A stretch of DNA of 64,000 bases from positions 318,323 through 382,322 of the forward strand of contig CBDCFW010000003.1 in assembly GCA_965216465.1 (NCBI GenBank), given 5' to 3'. This DNA comes from Bacteroidia bacterium (lineage in GTDB: Bacteria; Bacteroidota; Bacteroidia; NS11-12g; UBA9320). Below are positions 9,776 to 21,511 of the stretch, one piece after another. The number at the start of each line of letters is the position of its first letter. Position 1 is the stretch's first letter. The position numbers and the translations under genes are program-made. The notes below the pieces were generated by a model. That model saw nothing but the letters and a program-made list of their open reading frames with translations. It did no database searches and had not been told where the DNA came from.

Positions 9776-11371
9776 ATGAAGTCAAACCCAATAACTGACA
9801 AGGTTTTTGATTTAGCCTCAAAGACCCACAAAAATCTCAGCTTAGAACAACTTCTTAAAGCTGCAACTGAAAGAAACGAAGGTAAGATAACAAGTACAGG
9901 AGCACTCGCTGCAGATACAGGTAGATTTACCGGCCGTTCACCTAAAGACAAATTCTCCGTAGAAGACGATACAACAAGAGATCAAGTATGGTGGGGAGAT
10001 ATTAACCAACCATTCTCACCAGAAAAATTTGATGCCTTACTAGAGCGTGTTATTCAACACTACGAAGGAAAAGAAATATTTGCAAGAGATGCTTATGCTT
10101 GTGCCGATCCAGAGTACAGACTAAAAGTTCGTGTTGTTACAGAAAGTGCATACCAAAATCTTTTTGTTAATCACATGTTCATCCGTCCTGATGAAAGTGA
10201 AATTAACAACATCGATCCAGACTGGGTTATCTTAGCTGCACCAAGTTTTATGGCTGTTCCTGACAGAGATGGAACACGTCAAGAAAACTTCTCAATCATT
10301 AACTTTACTAAGAAAATTTATATCATTGGTGGTAGTGGTTATACTGGGGAGATTAAGAAAGGAATCTTCACGGTACTAAACTTCACACTACCAGTTGAAC
10401 ACGATGTACTATCAATGCACTGTTCTGCGAACATTGGCAATGATGGAGATTCTGCAGTATTCTTTGGTTTATCAGGAACTGGTAAAACAACACTAAGTGC
10501 AGATCCAAACAGAAAGCTAATTGGTGATGATGAGCACGGATGGAGCAAAAACGGAATCTTCAACTTCGAAGGTGGATGTTACGCTAAAACTATCAACCTA
10601 TCTGAAGAAAATGAGCCTACAATCTGGAAAGCTATTACCAAAGGAGCCTTGGTTGAAAATGTACGTTTCTTCCCTGATTCTGATGTAGTTAATTACGACG
10701 ACGTTTCTGTTACTGAGAACACACGTTGTGCCTACCCTATCGATAATGTAGATAACATTGCTGAGCCATCTGTAGGTCCTCAGCCAAAAAATATTTTCTT
10801 CTTAACTGCCGATGCGTTTGGGGTATTACCTCCAATCTCAAAACTGACTCCAGGACAAGCGATGTATCACTTCATTAGTGGTTACACAGCTAAGGTTGCT
10901 GGAACTGAAGAAGGTGTTACTGAGCCACAAGCAACATTCTCAGCTTGCTTTGGTGCAGCGTTTATTCCTCTTCACCCAGGACGATATGCAGAAATGCTTG
11001 GTAAAAAAATGACCGAGAACAATGTAAACGTATGGTTAGTGAACACAGGATGGAGCGGTGGCCCTTACGGTATTGGAAGCAGAATGAAATTGAAATACAC
11101 ACGTGCTATGCTAAATGCCGCGTTAGACGGTAAGTTAGACAACGTGAACTTCGAAACACATCCTGTTTTCGGTGTACAAATGCCAACAGAATGTCCTGAG
11201 GTTCCTACTGAATTGTTAAGCCCACGTAACACTTGGGAAGATAAATCAGCTTACGACGATAAAGCAGCTCACCTTGCTAACTTGTTCAACCAAAACTTTG
11301 AGCAATTTGCTGCAGGAGTTAACCAAGAAACCTTGGATGCAGCTCCTAAAGCTCCAGCAAGCAACAGCTAG
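9776..11371 (+). CDS. pckA: Phosphoenolpyruvate carboxykinase (ATP)
   Basis: TGRSPKDK, FGLSGTGKTTLS, LIGDDEHGW, NFEGGCYAK. Confidence 0.97.
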   Translation: MKSNPITDKVFDLASKTHKNLSLEQLLKAATERNEGKITSTGALAADTGRFTGRSPKDKFSVEDDTTRDQVWWGDINQPFSPEKFDALLERVIQHYEGKEIFARDAYACADPEYRLKVRVVTESAYQNLFVNHMFIRPDESEINNIDPDWVILAAPSFMAVPDRDGTRQENFSIINFTKKIYIIGGSGYTGEIKKGIFTVLNFTLPVEHDVLSMHCSANIGNDGDSAVFFGLSGTGKTTLSADPNRKLIGDDEHGWSKNGIFNFEGGCYAKTINLSEENEPTIWKAITKGALVENVRFFPDSDVVNYDDVSVTENTRCAYPIDNVDNIAEPSVGPQPKNIFFLTADAFGVLPPISKLTPGQAMYHFISGYTAKVAGTEEGVTEPQATFSACFGAAFIPLHPGRYAEMLGKKMTENNVNVWLVNTGWSGGPYGIGSRMKLKYTRAMLNAALDGKLDNVNFETHPVFGVQMPTECPEVPTELLSPRNTWEDKSAYDDKAAHLANLFNQNFEQFAAGVNQETLDAAPKAPASNS

Positions 11372-11389
11372 CAGTTTAAGACTATATTT

Positions 11390-11422
11390 AAAGGGTAGTT
11401 TCTATGAAGCTACCCTTTTTTT
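11390..11422 (+). terminator. Intrinsic terminator
   Basis: AAAGGGTAG...CTACCCTTT followed by T-tract. Confidence 0.8.
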
Positions 11423-11472
11423 ATGCCCATTATTATGAAAATCTATGTGCTTGATTGATATTGCGGCTTTAT

Positions 11473-12513
11473 ATGTTTTCGTTCGCAGACACCAAGATAG
11501 AAAAGCTCGTATTGCATCATGTTGGAAACAAGTTCAATGAGGAGAATTTGGTCATAGGAAAAACTGAACTCAACTATACTGAAGAAGTAGAAAAAGACTT
11601 GTTGACCTACTTTTTATCTTCCTTCAAGCAGAATGAGTATTTCAATCTACATCATGAAACAGATTTAGGGCTCAATGAAGTATATAATTATGCCACTGCC
11701 ATATTTGATAGTCCAAATGAGCTTTATGATCAATCTGTGAACCTTGCGAAACACCTTTTTGAAAACAGTACGCATCCAAAAGTTAAGGGAGGGGAATTCT
11801 ATGTTGTATACCTCAAAGATTGCATATTAGAAGGAGAATTGCTTGATGCAGTAGGTTTGTTTAAAGCTGAAAATAAAGATACCTTTCTTAAAATCAGATC
11901 AGGTGAAAATGGCTTTGAAATTAACAGTCAGCAAGGCTTCAACATCAATAAGCTTGACAAAGGCTGCGTGATATTTAACTCTGAGAAGTCGTCAGGTTAT
12001 GTCGTTTCTGCCATCGACAATACCAATAAAGGAAGTGAAGCGAAATTTTGGTTTGATCACTTTTTACAGATTCAACAGCGACAAGACGAATACTTCCAAA
12101 CAGAGAACATCATTGCTTTTGCAAAAGATTTTATAACGAAAGAGCTTCCAGAACAGTTTGAAGCAACAAAGGCAGATCAAGCACATTTACTCAATCGAAG
12201 TGCACAATACTTCAAAGAACAAGAAGAATTTGACCTTAGCGAGTTTGCGAACACAGTTATTGAACAACCCGACATCATTGATAGCTTCAATGAATACCGT
12301 TCAACCTATGCCCGTGAGCAAGCCGTGCCCTTAGATGATGGGTTTCAAATCTCATCAACGGCGGTAAAAAAGAAATCGCGTGTATTTAAGAGTGTGATTA
12401 AGCTCGATAAGAACTTTCATATCTATGTACATGGCAATCGAGATTTAATTGAGCGTCATACGGATGAAAATGGAAAGAACTACTACAAGTTATACTTTGA
12501 CGAAGAACATTAA
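11473..12513 (+). CDS. Nucleoid-associated protein (NdpA/YejK-like, Bacteroidota type)
   Basis: LHHVGNK, HPKVKGGEFYV, GLFKAENK, KLDKGC, IKLDKNFHIYVHG. Confidence 0.85.
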   Translation: MFSFADTKIEKLVLHHVGNKFNEENLVIGKTELNYTEEVEKDLLTYFLSSFKQNEYFNLHHETDLGLNEVYNYATAIFDSPNELYDQSVNLAKHLFENSTHPKVKGGEFYVVYLKDCILEGELLDAVGLFKAENKDTFLKIRSGENGFEINSQQGFNINKLDKGCVIFNSEKSSGYVVSAIDNTNKGSEAKFWFDHFLQIQQRQDEYFQTENIIAFAKDFITKELPEQFEATKADQAHLLNRSAQYFKEQEEFDLSEFANTVIEQPDIIDSFNEYRSTYAREQAVPLDDGFQISSTAVKKKSRVFKSVIKLDKNFHIYVHGNRDLIERHTDENGKNYYKLYFDEEH

Positions 12514-12515
12514 TT

Positions 12516-13016
12516 ATGGTTGAATTTAAACTGCGATGGATTGAAGACTACGATCTTGATAATTTGGTTAAACATGCCAATAATAAAAAGATTGCGAGGT
12601 ATATGACCGGAAGATTCCCTCATCCTTATACCATTGAGGCTGGCAAACAGTTTATAGCGTTTTGCAAGGCTGAAAACAGCTCTTATATAAAAGCAATAAC
12701 TGTCGACAATCAATTTGTGGGAGCTGTCGGTATTCATCAACAAGACGACATTATGAAAAACAATGCAGAGCTCGGGTATTGGGTTGCAGAAGAATATTGG
12801 AACAAAGGCATTGTGACTCGAGCAGTTAAAGAAATGAATGATTGGGCATTTCAAGAGTTAGAAATTAACCGAATATTTGCACGACCCTATGGCTCAAACA
12901 AAGCTTCCCAACGAGTTCTCGATAAGCTTGGATTTGAAAAAGAGGCTCACATCAAACAAAACATTGAAAAATGGGGAGTGCTCGAAGATGAGCTTATCTA
13001 TGCCATCCGTAAATAG
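12516..13016 (+). CDS. GNAT family N-acetyltransferase (RimJ/RimL-like)
   Basis: ELGYW..EEYWNKGI, N.ASQRVLDKLGF. Confidence 0.88.
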   Translation: MVEFKLRWIEDYDLDNLVKHANNKKIARYMTGRFPHPYTIEAGKQFIAFCKAENSSYIKAITVDNQFVGAVGIHQQDDIMKNNAELGYWVAEEYWNKGIVTRAVKEMNDWAFQELEINRIFARPYGSNKASQRVLDKLGFEKEAHIKQNIEKWGVLEDELIYAIRK

Positions 13017-13019
13017 ATT

Positions 13020-15821
13020 CTATTGTGCTTTAGTAAGGCCAGGTAGTTTTTCCTTCAAATATTGACCCGTTACAGATTCTTTTACTTGAATTAGGTCTTC
13101 TGGTAAACCTGCAAATACCAAGTTTCCTCCTTTATCACCACCTTCAGGGCCTAAGTCAATGACCCAATCAGCACATTTAATTACATCTAAGTTGTGCTCA
13201 ATTACAACAATACTGTGTCCCTTATCGATGAGTGCATTAAATGACTTTAGCAATTTCTTAATATCATGAAAATGAAGTCCAGTGGTCGGCTCATCAAAAA
13301 TAAAAAGCACCTTATCCTTGCTTTGGGACTTAGCTAAGAAGGTTGCGAGTTTGATTCGTTGTGCTTCACCCCCACTTAAACTGTTGCTACTTTGTCCAAG
13401 TTTGACATAACCTAACCCGACCTCTTGTAGTGGCATCAGCTTGTTTACGATAGATTTCTGTCCTTTAAAGAAATCGATGGCCTCATCAACGGTAAGATTT
13501 AAAACGTCGTAAATGTTTTTCTTTCTAAACTCTACATCCAGCACCTCATCCTTAAACCGTCTGCCATTACATTCTTCACATTTTAAATGCAGGTCGGCCA
13601 TAAACTGCATTTCAACAACCTCTTCGCCTTCTCCTTGACAATTCTCGCATCTTCCTCCATCAACATTAAATGAGAAATGCTTGGTTTTGAATCCACGTTG
13701 TCTTGAAAGCGGCATGGTCGAAAACAATTCTCGAATTGCGTCATAGGCCTTAACATAGGTAACTGGGTTACTTCTACTCGACTTACCTATTGGGTTTTGA
13801 TCAACCATTTCGACAGTAGCAATTTCTGATATGTCACCTGTTACTGCTTTAACTGCACCAACCTTTTGTGTACTATACTGTTGAGTTTCTCTAAGCACTG
13901 CAGGATGTAGTATACCTTTAATCAGTGATGTTTTTCCACTACCACTCACTCCAGATACTACAGTGAAGGCATTGAGAGGTATATCAACTGTTATGCCTTT
14001 TAAATTATGCTGTGAGGCTTCAACAAGTGTTATTTTGTTGTTCCATTTTCGCCGCGAAGTTGGTACTTCAATTTTTTGAACTTCAGTTAAATATTCGGCC
14101 GTTAAGCTTCCAGCGTTTTGAATGCTTTCATAGTCTCCCGAAAAAACCACTTCTCCTCCTAAATGACCTGCTTCAGGGCCCATATCAATGAGGTGGTTTG
14201 CTTGATGCATCATGTCTTCATCATGTTCAACAACTATAACCGTATTGCCTCTTTCTTTTAAGTCATTCAATACAGATATAAGTCGTTCTGTGTCTTTCGA
14301 GTGGAGACCAATGCTTGGTTCATCTAGAATATAAGTACTCCCCACTAAGCTACTTCCTAGTGATGTTGCAAGATTGATTCGCTGACTTTCTCCACCCGAC
14401 AAAGTGTTGCTCATTCTGTTTAAGCTCAAATAAGTCAAGCCAACACGCATTAGATAATCTAAGCGATTGTTTATTTCGATGAGCACAGGTTTTGCAATTT
14501 CTTCCTCCTGGCTATCTAGCTTCAGTTGCTTAAAGTAGTGCTGGGCATCTTCTATATTGAGTAACAATATTTCTTGAAGCGATGCGAATTTTTCATCGTC
14601 TAAGAATGCAGGATTCTTTTCTTGATTAACCAGCTTCACATAAGAAGCATCTTTTCTTAAACGAGTTCCTGAACACGAGGGACATGTAGTTTTTCCTCTA
14701 TATTTCGCCAGCATAACCCGATATTGAATCTTATACGACTTTTCTTCCAGGTATTTGAAAAAGGAGTTGATTCCATTTACCTGCTTGTTGCCTTCCCACA
14801 ATAGCTTTAGTTCAGCTTTAGTCAAATCTTTAATAGCACGATGAATCGGGAATTTATACTTTGCACTGCTGTTAATGAAGTCATTCTTCCACTCGCTCAA
14901 GGTTTCACCTTTCCAGCATGCAACTGCATTTTCATATACTGAGAGCGATTTATTCGGAATCACTAAGTCTGGATCGATGCCAATGATAGAGCCAAATCCT
15001 TCACAAGTGCCGCATGCACCGTACGGATTATTGAAACTCAAGAAGTTAACCGATGGTTCTTCAAAGGTCATTCCATCCAACTCAAAACGGTTATTAAATT
15101 GAACTTCTTTATCCGTAATAATGGTTACTTCTCCTTTACCCTCCCAAAAAGCAGTTTCTACAGAATCTGATAGTCTGCTTCTATAGCTATCATCGGTTTC
15201 AGCAGTTTTTAATCGATCCACCAGAATATAGTAGTTTGAAAGCTGATCTTCGAGAACATCTTCTATTCGCAAGGTTTTTCCTTCGTGAAGAATACGATTG
15301 TATCCTTTTTGAAGTGCAATTTCAAGATAATTACGGTCACCATCATAGTGCGGGGTATAGCAGATATACAAGGGTGTGTCAAGTGGTAAAGCCTCAATAT
15401 AAGCTACAACATCAGAGGTGCTATGCTTTTTGACCTCATTTCCACTGATTGGTGAAATGGTCTTTCCAATTCTCGCCCACAGCAGTTTCAAGTAGTCGTA
15501 TAATTCTGTAGAAGTAGCTACCGTACTTCTAGGATTTCGGGTATTAACCTTTTGCTCAATAGAAATACAAGGAGTTAATCCTTTAATCGAATCGACTTGG
15601 GGTTTTTCAACCTTGCCTAAGAACTGACGAGCATAGCTACTTAAGCTTTCTACATAGCGTCGTTGCCCTTCTGCATAGAGGGTATTGAAAATAAGTGAAG
15701 ACTTTCCAGATCCGGAAACCCCCGTCACCACAGTAAACTTGTTTCGAGGTATCTTAACATCTACCCCTTTAAGGTTATGAAGATGCGCGTTGTTGATCTC
15801 GATGTATTTCTGTTTTGTCAT
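13020..15821 (-). CDS. uvrA: Excinuclease ABC subunit A
   Basis: Two ABC cassettes (GVSGSGKSS, GVSGSGKTS), LSGGE signatures, Zn fingers, AEGQRRYVES. Confidence 0.96.
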   Translation of the reverse strand: MTKQKYIEINNAHLHNLKGVDVKIPRNKFTVVTGVSGSGKSSLIFNTLYAEGQRRYVESLSSYARQFLGKVEKPQVDSIKGLTPCISIEQKVNTRNPRSTVATSTELYDYLKLLWARIGKTISPISGNEVKKHSTSDVVAYIEALPLDTPLYICYTPHYDGDRNYLEIALQKGYNRILHEGKTLRIEDVLEDQLSNYYILVDRLKTAETDDSYRSRLSDSVETAFWEGKGEVTIITDKEVQFNNRFELDGMTFEEPSVNFLSFNNPYGACGTCEGFGSIIGIDPDLVIPNKSLSVYENAVACWKGETLSEWKNDFINSSAKYKFPIHRAIKDLTKAELKLLWEGNKQVNGINSFFKYLEEKSYKIQYRVMLAKYRGKTTCPSCSGTRLRKDASYVKLVNQEKNPAFLDDEKFASLQEILLLNIEDAQHYFKQLKLDSQEEEIAKPVLIEINNRLDYLMRVGLTYLSLNRMSNTLSGGESQRINLATSLGSSLVGSTYILDEPSIGLHSKDTERLISVLNDLKERGNTVIVVEHDEDMMHQANHLIDMGPEAGHLGGEVVFSGDYESIQNAGSLTAEYLTEVQKIEVPTSRRKWNNKITLVEASQHNLKGITVDIPLNAFTVVSGVSGSGKTSLIKGILHPAVLRETQQYSTQKVGAVKAVTGDISEIATVEMVDQNPIGKSSRSNPVTYVKAYDAIRELFSTMPLSRQRGFKTKHFSFNVDGGRCENCQGEGEEVVEMQFMADLHLKCEECNGRRFKDEVLDVEFRKKNIYDVLNLTVDEAIDFFKGQKSIVNKLMPLQEVGLGYVKLGQSSNSLSGGEAQRIKLATFLAKSQSKDKVLFIFDEPTTGLHFHDIKKLLKSFNALIDKGHSIVVIEHNLDVIKCADWVIDLGPEGGDKGGNLVFAGLPEDLIQVKESVTGQYLKEKLPGLTKAQ

Positions 15822-16003
15822 GTATTTTCAATAAAAAATTGGAAGAGGCAAAATTGGCCATTTTCAAGCACAATAAATAAGAAATCTTTGGATGTTTGAA
15901 ATTATTTTCTTAATTTAGTAGGCAACTTTAAATTTTAAACACGCCTATAAGTAATACCTCTACTAGTAAAACATTTTTTTTAAACTAATTAATCGGAGGT
16001 ATT

Positions 16004-16582
16004 ATGCATTCTAACAAAATTTCAGATCAATTGCTTGTAAAGCAGTATGTTCAGGGCAACGAGGCATGTCTTGAAATGTTAATTTCTCGCCATAAAGAGC
16101 GAATTTTCACCACTATTCTTCTTATCGTTAAAGACACCTACATTGCTGAGGATCTTTTCCAAGAAACCTTTATTAAGATTATTAATAATCTGAGAAAAAA
16201 GAAGTACAATGAAGAGGGGAAATTCTTGCCTTGGGCGATTAGAATTGCAAGAAATATGGCGATTGATTATTTCCGAAAAACGAAAAGAATGCCAACGGTA
16301 ACAGACTCATCTGGCGATGATGTTTTTAGAAAGATTAAAATAAAAACAGAAAACATTGAAGAAAAGATCGTTCGTACCGAAAAAGAAAATCAAGTCAGAG
16401 TCCTGATCGACAAGCTGCCTCCTGAACAAAGACAGGTTCTGATTTTAAGACACTATGGTGATCTGAGCTTCAAAGAAATCGCCGAAATGACTGATGTAAG
16501 TATTAATACTGCTTTAGGTAGGATGAGATACGCTTTAAACAATATGCGTAGAATGATGGAGCATAGCCCCATCAAAGCATAA
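16004..16582 (+). CDS. RNA polymerase ECF-type sigma-70 factor
   Basis: AEDLFQETF, W..RIARN..ID, SFKEIAE...SINTALGRMRYA. Confidence 0.92.
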   Translation: MHSNKISDQLLVKQYVQGNEACLEMLISRHKERIFTTILLIVKDTYIAEDLFQETFIKIINNLRKKKYNEEGKFLPWAIRIARNMAIDYFRKTKRMPTVTDSSGDDVFRKIKIKTENIEEKIVRTEKENQVRVLIDKLPPEQRQVLILRHYGDLSFKEIAEMTDVSINTALGRMRYALNNMRRMMEHSPIKA

Positions 16583-16607
16583 ATAAGAACTACTATCATT
16601 AGCCTTT

Positions 16608-16631
16608 AGCCCTCTTCGGAGGGCTTTTTTT
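16608..16631 (+). terminator. Intrinsic terminator
   Basis: AGCCCTC-TTCG-GAGGGCT plus T-tract. Confidence 0.85.
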
Positions 16632-16793
16632 ATGGATTTTTTTCAAATTCTCCTCTTCCGAATACTGGCATAGACAAAATCTCTGATTTATCCACGTTGC
16701 TGTTTATAAAATTTAAAAGCGAAATAAGGCAAAAACGCTTGTGGGTACTACATTTGGGCGTTTAGCACAGGATCATAAAATTATCACGAATAA

Positions 16794-18695
16794 ATGGCAG
16801 GAAATCAATATAATGAAGACAGTATACGGTCGTTAGATTGGAAAGAGCACATTCGCCTGCGCCCAGGGATGTACATCGGTAAGCTAGGAAATGGTTCCTC
16901 GGCTGAAGATGGCATTTATATTCTCATGAAGGAAGTAATCGATAACTCAATCGATGAATTCATGATGGGCAACGGTAAGAAGATTGAAGTGAAACTCACT
17001 GAAAATGTGGTAAGTGTACGTGATTATGGCCGTGGAATTCCTCTAGGTAAAGTTGTAGATGTGGTGAGTAAGATCAACACAGGTGCTAAATACGACTCTG
17101 CTGTTTTTCAGAAATCTGTAGGTTTGAACGGAGTTGGTACCAAGGCGGTTAACGCCCTGTCCTCCTATTTCAAAGTAGTCAGTTATCGCGATGGCAAATC
17201 AAAGTCTGCTGAATTTGAACGTGGTGTGCTAACTTCAGAAAAAGGTGGAAAGTCAGAAGAAGCAAACGGAACATATGTAGAATACACCGCAGACACAGAA
17301 ATATTTAAGAAACACAAGTACATAACTGATTACATCGATAATCAAATGTGGAACTATGTATATCTGAATGCAGGTCTTAGCATCTTCTTTAATGGAAATA
17401 GATACTACTCAAAGAATGGTCTTCTCGACCTCTTAGAGCGTAAAACAAATGCGGAGGAAAATAAGTACCCCATCATCCATCTCAAAGAAGGAGATATAGA
17501 AGTTGCCATTACACATGACAATCACTACGGAGAAGAGTACTATTCATTCGTAAACGGTCAAAACACAACTCAAGGCGGAACACACGTTGCCGCGTTTAAA
17601 GAAGCCCTTGTTAGAACAGTTAGAGATTTCTTTGGAAAGAACTTTGATTCTACAGACATTAGAGCTTCGTTGGTGTCGGCTATTAGTGTAAGAATTCAAG
17701 AACCTGTTTTTGAATCTCAGACCAAGACCAAACTAGGAAGCACTGAAGTTGCTCCTAACGGCCCATCGCTAAAAGCAGAGATCAATCAGTTTATGAAGAA
17801 GTTAGACAACTATCTTCACAAAAACTCAGACACTGCCGAAGCACTGCTCAAAAAAATACAACTCTCAGAACGTGAACGAAAAGACATGGCTGGCGTTCGA
17901 AAAATTGCTAGAGAACGAGCTAAAAAAGCCAGTGTTCATAACAAAAAACTGAGAGATTGCAGGGTACATTTTACCGATGAAAAGAAAGAAAATCGCTTAG
18001 ACACTACCCTATTTATCACTGAGGGAGATTCTGCGAGTGGGTCGATAACCAAAGCAAGAGATGTACAAACTCAAGCAGTATTTAGTTTAAGAGGTAAACC
18101 CTTGAATTGCTTTGGATTAAAGAAGAAAATTGTATACGAAAACGAAGAATTTAACTTACTTCAACACGCTTTAAATATTGAAGAAAGTATCGAAGATTTG
18201 AGGTACAACAAAATCGTAATTGCAACGGATGCCGATGTTGACGGTATGCATATTCGCTTGCTTATATTAACCTTCTTCTTGCAATTCTTTCCTGACCTTG
18301 TTCGTCAAGGACATCTATACATTTTAGAAACTCCTCTATTTAGAGTTAGAAATAAAAAAGAAACGATTTACTGTTATTCCGAATCGGAGCGAATTGGGGC
18401 ACTTAAAAAATTGGGTAAAAATGCTGAAATTACCCGATTCAAAGGTCTTGGTGAGATTTCTCCTGATGAGTTTGGCGGATTTATTGGTGAAGATATTCGC
18501 CTTGAACCGGTATTGCTCACAGAAGACTCGTCTATCAACAAGATGTTGACTTATTATATGGGTAAAAACACACCAAGCAGACAGCAATTTATCATCGAAA
18601 ACCTACGTACTGAGATTGATGAGACCGAAGACAGTGAAGAAGCTGAGCCCAAAGAACTAGAACAACCTAAAGAAAAAATAGTAGAAGCTGCTTAA
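16794..18695 (+). CDS. parE: DNA topoisomerase IV subunit B
   Basis: [35 protein letters not shown]; Bacteroidota ParE-type sequence paired with parC. Confidence 0.92.
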   Translation: MAGNQYNEDSIRSLDWKEHIRLRPGMYIGKLGNGSSAEDGIYILMKEVIDNSIDEFMMGNGKKIEVKLTENVVSVRDYGRGIPLGKVVDVVSKINTGAKYDSAVFQKSVGLNGVGTKAVNALSSYFKVVSYRDGKSKSAEFERGVLTSEKGGKSEEANGTYVEYTADTEIFKKHKYITDYIDNQMWNYVYLNAGLSIFFNGNRYYSKNGLLDLLERKTNAEENKYPIIHLKEGDIEVAITHDNHYGEEYYSFVNGQNTTQGGTHVAAFKEALVRTVRDFFGKNFDSTDIRASLVSAISVRIQEPVFESQTKTKLGSTEVAPNGPSLKAEINQFMKKLDNYLHKNSDTAEALLKKIQLSERERKDMAGVRKIARERAKKASVHNKKLRDCRVHFTDEKKENRLDTTLFITEGDSASGSITKARDVQTQAVFSLRGKPLNCFGLKKKIVYENEEFNLLQHALNIEESIEDLRYNKIVIATDADVDGMHIRLLILTFFLQFFPDLVRQGHLYILETPLFRVRNKKETIYCYSESERIGALKKLGKNAEITRFKGLGEISPDEFGGFIGEDIRLEPVLLTEDSSINKMLTYYMGKNTPSRQQFIIENLRTEIDETEDSEEAEPKELEQPKEKIVEAA

Positions 18696-18696
18696 T

Positions 18697-21510
18697 ATGG
18701 ACGAGAACGAAGAGTTAGAAGAGCAAAACAACCAGCCAGAAGAGAAGGAAACCTCCATAAATTTAGAAGACGGTCAGCGTGCGGTTAAAGGCATGTATGA
18801 AGACTGGTTTCTAGACTATGCCAGCTATGTTATTCTTGAGCGTGCTGTTCCTCATATCAATGATGGTCTAAAGCCCGTACAACGACGCTTTCTTCATTCT
18901 ATGAAAGAAATGGACGACGGTCGATACAACAAGGTTGCCAACATAATTGGGCAAACCATGCAATATCACCCCCATGGAGATGCAGCTATTGGTCAGGCCA
19001 TTATAAATATGGGGCAAAAAGACCTCTTGATAGATTGTCAAGGTAACTGGGGAGATATTCGAACCGGAGACGGTGCAGCTGCTCCGCGTTACATTGAAGC
19101 TCGGTTAAACAAGTTCGCGCTTGAAATTGCCTTCAACAAACAAACCACCGATTGGCAACGGTCTTATGATGGAAGAAAAAATGAGCCTATTACACTTCCT
19201 GTTAAGTTTCCATTGCTGCTCGCTCAAGGCGTTGATGGTATTGCTGTTGGTCTGAGTACCAAAATACTTCCACACAACTTTGTAGAGCTTATTCAGTCGA
19301 GCATAAAGATCTTAGAAGGTAAAAAACCGAAACTATTCCCTGATTTTTTAACGGGAGGAAAAATTGATGTTTCAGACTATCAAGATGGGCAACGAGGCGG
19401 CCGAATTAAAGTTCGAGCAACCATCATAGAAAAAGATAAGAAGACCCTACTCATAAAAGATGTGCCATATGGTGTCACCACTGGAGCTTTAATTGATTCC
19501 ATTCTTAAAGCAAATGACAAAGGGAAGATTAAGATCAAAAAAGTTGTAGACAATACAGCTAAAGATGTTGAAGTTGAAATTCAGCTTCCAAATAACATAT
19601 CTACCGATAAGACTATTGATGCACTGTATGCCTTCACCAATTGTGAAACATCACTTGCACCCAATGCCTGTGTTATTGTAGATGATAAGCCGCAATTTTT
19701 AGGTGTCACAGACATCTTAAAAATCAATACTGAGAATACAGTTGACCTGCTGAAGCAAGAATTGGAGATTAAACTTGGTGAGCTTGAAGAGAAGTGGCAC
19801 TTCAGCTCCTTAGAAAAGATTTTCATTGAAGAACGGATATATCGAGACATTGAAGAATGTGAGACTTGGGAAGAAGTCTTAACAGCTATAGACAAAGGGC
19901 TAGAGCCTTTTAAAAAGCTTTTAAAGAGAGAAGTAACTCAAGAGGATATTGTTAAGCTTACCGAAATTAAGATTAAGCGTATCTCTAAATTTGATTCGTT
20001 TAAAGCAGATGAATTGCTGAAAGGAATTGAAGATGATTTGGAGGAAGTAAATCATCACCTTAACAACCTGGTTGAATTTGCCATTGCCTACTACCAAAAT
20101 CTATTGGATAAATATGGAAAAGGCAAAGAAAGAAAGACTGAGATTAGCGACTTTGAAGAAATCAATACCAAAGTTGTAGCCGTTGCAAACGAAAAGCTTT
20201 ATGCGAACCTAAAAGAAGGATTTGTTGGAACAGGGCTGAAGAAAGAAACCTACATCTGCGACTGCTCTGATATTGACGACATTATCGTATTTAGGTCAGA
20301 TGGTAAGTATTCGATCAACAAAGTTTCAAGCAAAGCGTTCTTCGGTAAGAACATTATTCATGTTGCTGTATTCAGAAAGAACGACGATCGTATGACCTAT
20401 AATGCGGTGTATACGGACGGAAAGACCAAAAAGACTCTCGCTAAGCGATTCAATGTGACTAGCTTTACACGCGACAAGGAATACGATGTTACCAAAGCAA
20501 ATAAAGGTTCCAAACTTCATTATTTTACAGCCAATCCTAATGGAGAAGCTGAAGTGGTGAATGTATACCTTCATTCTGCTGCAAAAGCACGAAATAAACT
20601 CATCCATTATAACTTTGCTGATTTAGCGATTAAAGGACGAACCTCACAAGGTAACATGGTTACGAAACATCCTGTTCGTAAAGTTGACCTGAAAGAAAAA
20701 GGTAAATCGACCATTGGTGGCCGGGATATTTGGTATGAAAAGAATATTGGCCGACTTAACATCCATGAGCGTGGTGAATACCTCGGTAGCTTCCAAACAG
20801 ATGATCAGATTTTGGTTATCTACGAAAGCGGTGAATACGAGTTGACCAACCATGAATTAACTAATCGCTATGTTTCAAAAGAGATTGTACTCATAGAAAA
20901 ATACAATCCAGAAAAGATAATTACCGCAATTCATTACGACGGCAACTCTAAGAATTACTGTGTAAAACGATTCAACATCGAAACGTCTACCCAATCCAAA
21001 CGCTTTATGTTCATTACCGAAGCCCGTGGAAGTAAGTTGGTGTTAGCGACTACTCAGAAAGAACCGATTATTGAGCTATTCACTAAACCTAAGGGTAAGG
21101 ATAGAAGATCAGAAGACGTCAACCTAAATGAGTTTATTGATGTTAAAGGCTGGAAAAGTATTGGGAATAAGCTTTGTGGAAGAGAATTTTCACGTGCCAA
21201 ATTGTATCCTCCAAAACCAGGAGATGAAACAATTGAAACGCCAAGCAAAGAAAATGTCGAACCTGCAGTCACAGATGCTCCAGAAGACCCAGTTGCAGAG
21301 ACCTCAGTAGAGCAAACAACTAAAAAGGCGAAAAAGAAGACCGAAGAGCCTATAAAAGCTGAGAAGAAGGAAGCAAAGAAAGAAGAGAAAGCAGAACCGA
21401 CTAAACGCATCATTAAGAAGAAAACCCCTCGAACCCCCCCGAAGTTGAAGTCTGAAGAAGACAAAGACAATCAGACATTTACAACAGGTGACCAAATAAG
21501 CTTGCTATAA
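18697..21510 (+). CDS. parC: DNA topoisomerase IV subunit A
   Basis: DGLKPVQRR, YHPHGD, AAPRYIE; low-complexity charged C-terminal tail. Confidence 0.92.
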   Translation: MDENEELEEQNNQPEEKETSINLEDGQRAVKGMYEDWFLDYASYVILERAVPHINDGLKPVQRRFLHSMKEMDDGRYNKVANIIGQTMQYHPHGDAAIGQAIINMGQKDLLIDCQGNWGDIRTGDGAAAPRYIEARLNKFALEIAFNKQTTDWQRSYDGRKNEPITLPVKFPLLLAQGVDGIAVGLSTKILPHNFVELIQSSIKILEGKKPKLFPDFLTGGKIDVSDYQDGQRGGRIKVRATIIEKDKKTLLIKDVPYGVTTGALIDSILKANDKGKIKIKKVVDNTAKDVEVEIQLPNNISTDKTIDALYAFTNCETSLAPNACVIVDDKPQFLGVTDILKINTENTVDLLKQELEIKLGELEEKWHFSSLEKIFIEERIYRDIEECETWEEVLTAIDKGLEPFKKLLKREVTQEDIVKLTEIKIKRISKFDSFKADELLKGIEDDLEEVNHHLNNLVEFAIAYYQNLLDKYGKGKERKTEISDFEEINTKVVAVANEKLYANLKEGFVGTGLKKETYICDCSDIDDIIVFRSDGKYSINKVSSKAFFGKNIIHVAVFRKNDDRMTYNAVYTDGKTKKTLAKRFNVTSFTRDKEYDVTKANKGSKLHYFTANPNGEAEVVNVYLHSAAKARNKLIHYNFADLAIKGRTSQGNMVTKHPVRKVDLKEKGKSTIGGRDIWYEKNIGRLNIHERGEYLGSFQTDDQILVIYESGEYELTNHELTNRYVSKEIVLIEKYNPEKIITAIHYDGNSKNYCVKRFNIETSTQSKRFMFITEARGSKLVLATTQKEPIIELFTKPKGKDRRSEDVNLNEFIDVKGWKSIGNKLCGREFSRAKLYPPKPGDETIETPSKENVEPAVTDAPEDPVAETSVEQTTKKAKKKTEEPIKAEKKEAKKEEKAEPTKRIIKKKTPRTPPKLKSEEDKDNQTFTTGDQISLL

Positions 21511-21511
21511 C

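Noticed and set aside
16632-16793. oriC or DnaA-box cluster upstream of parE (TTATCCACG at 16688-16696)
   Set aside because: Only one near-consensus box, the others have 2 or more mismatches; short region and no dnaA nearby
21200-21510. Separate domain or fusion at the ParC C-terminus
   Set aside because: Low-complexity E/K/P tail without recognisable motifs
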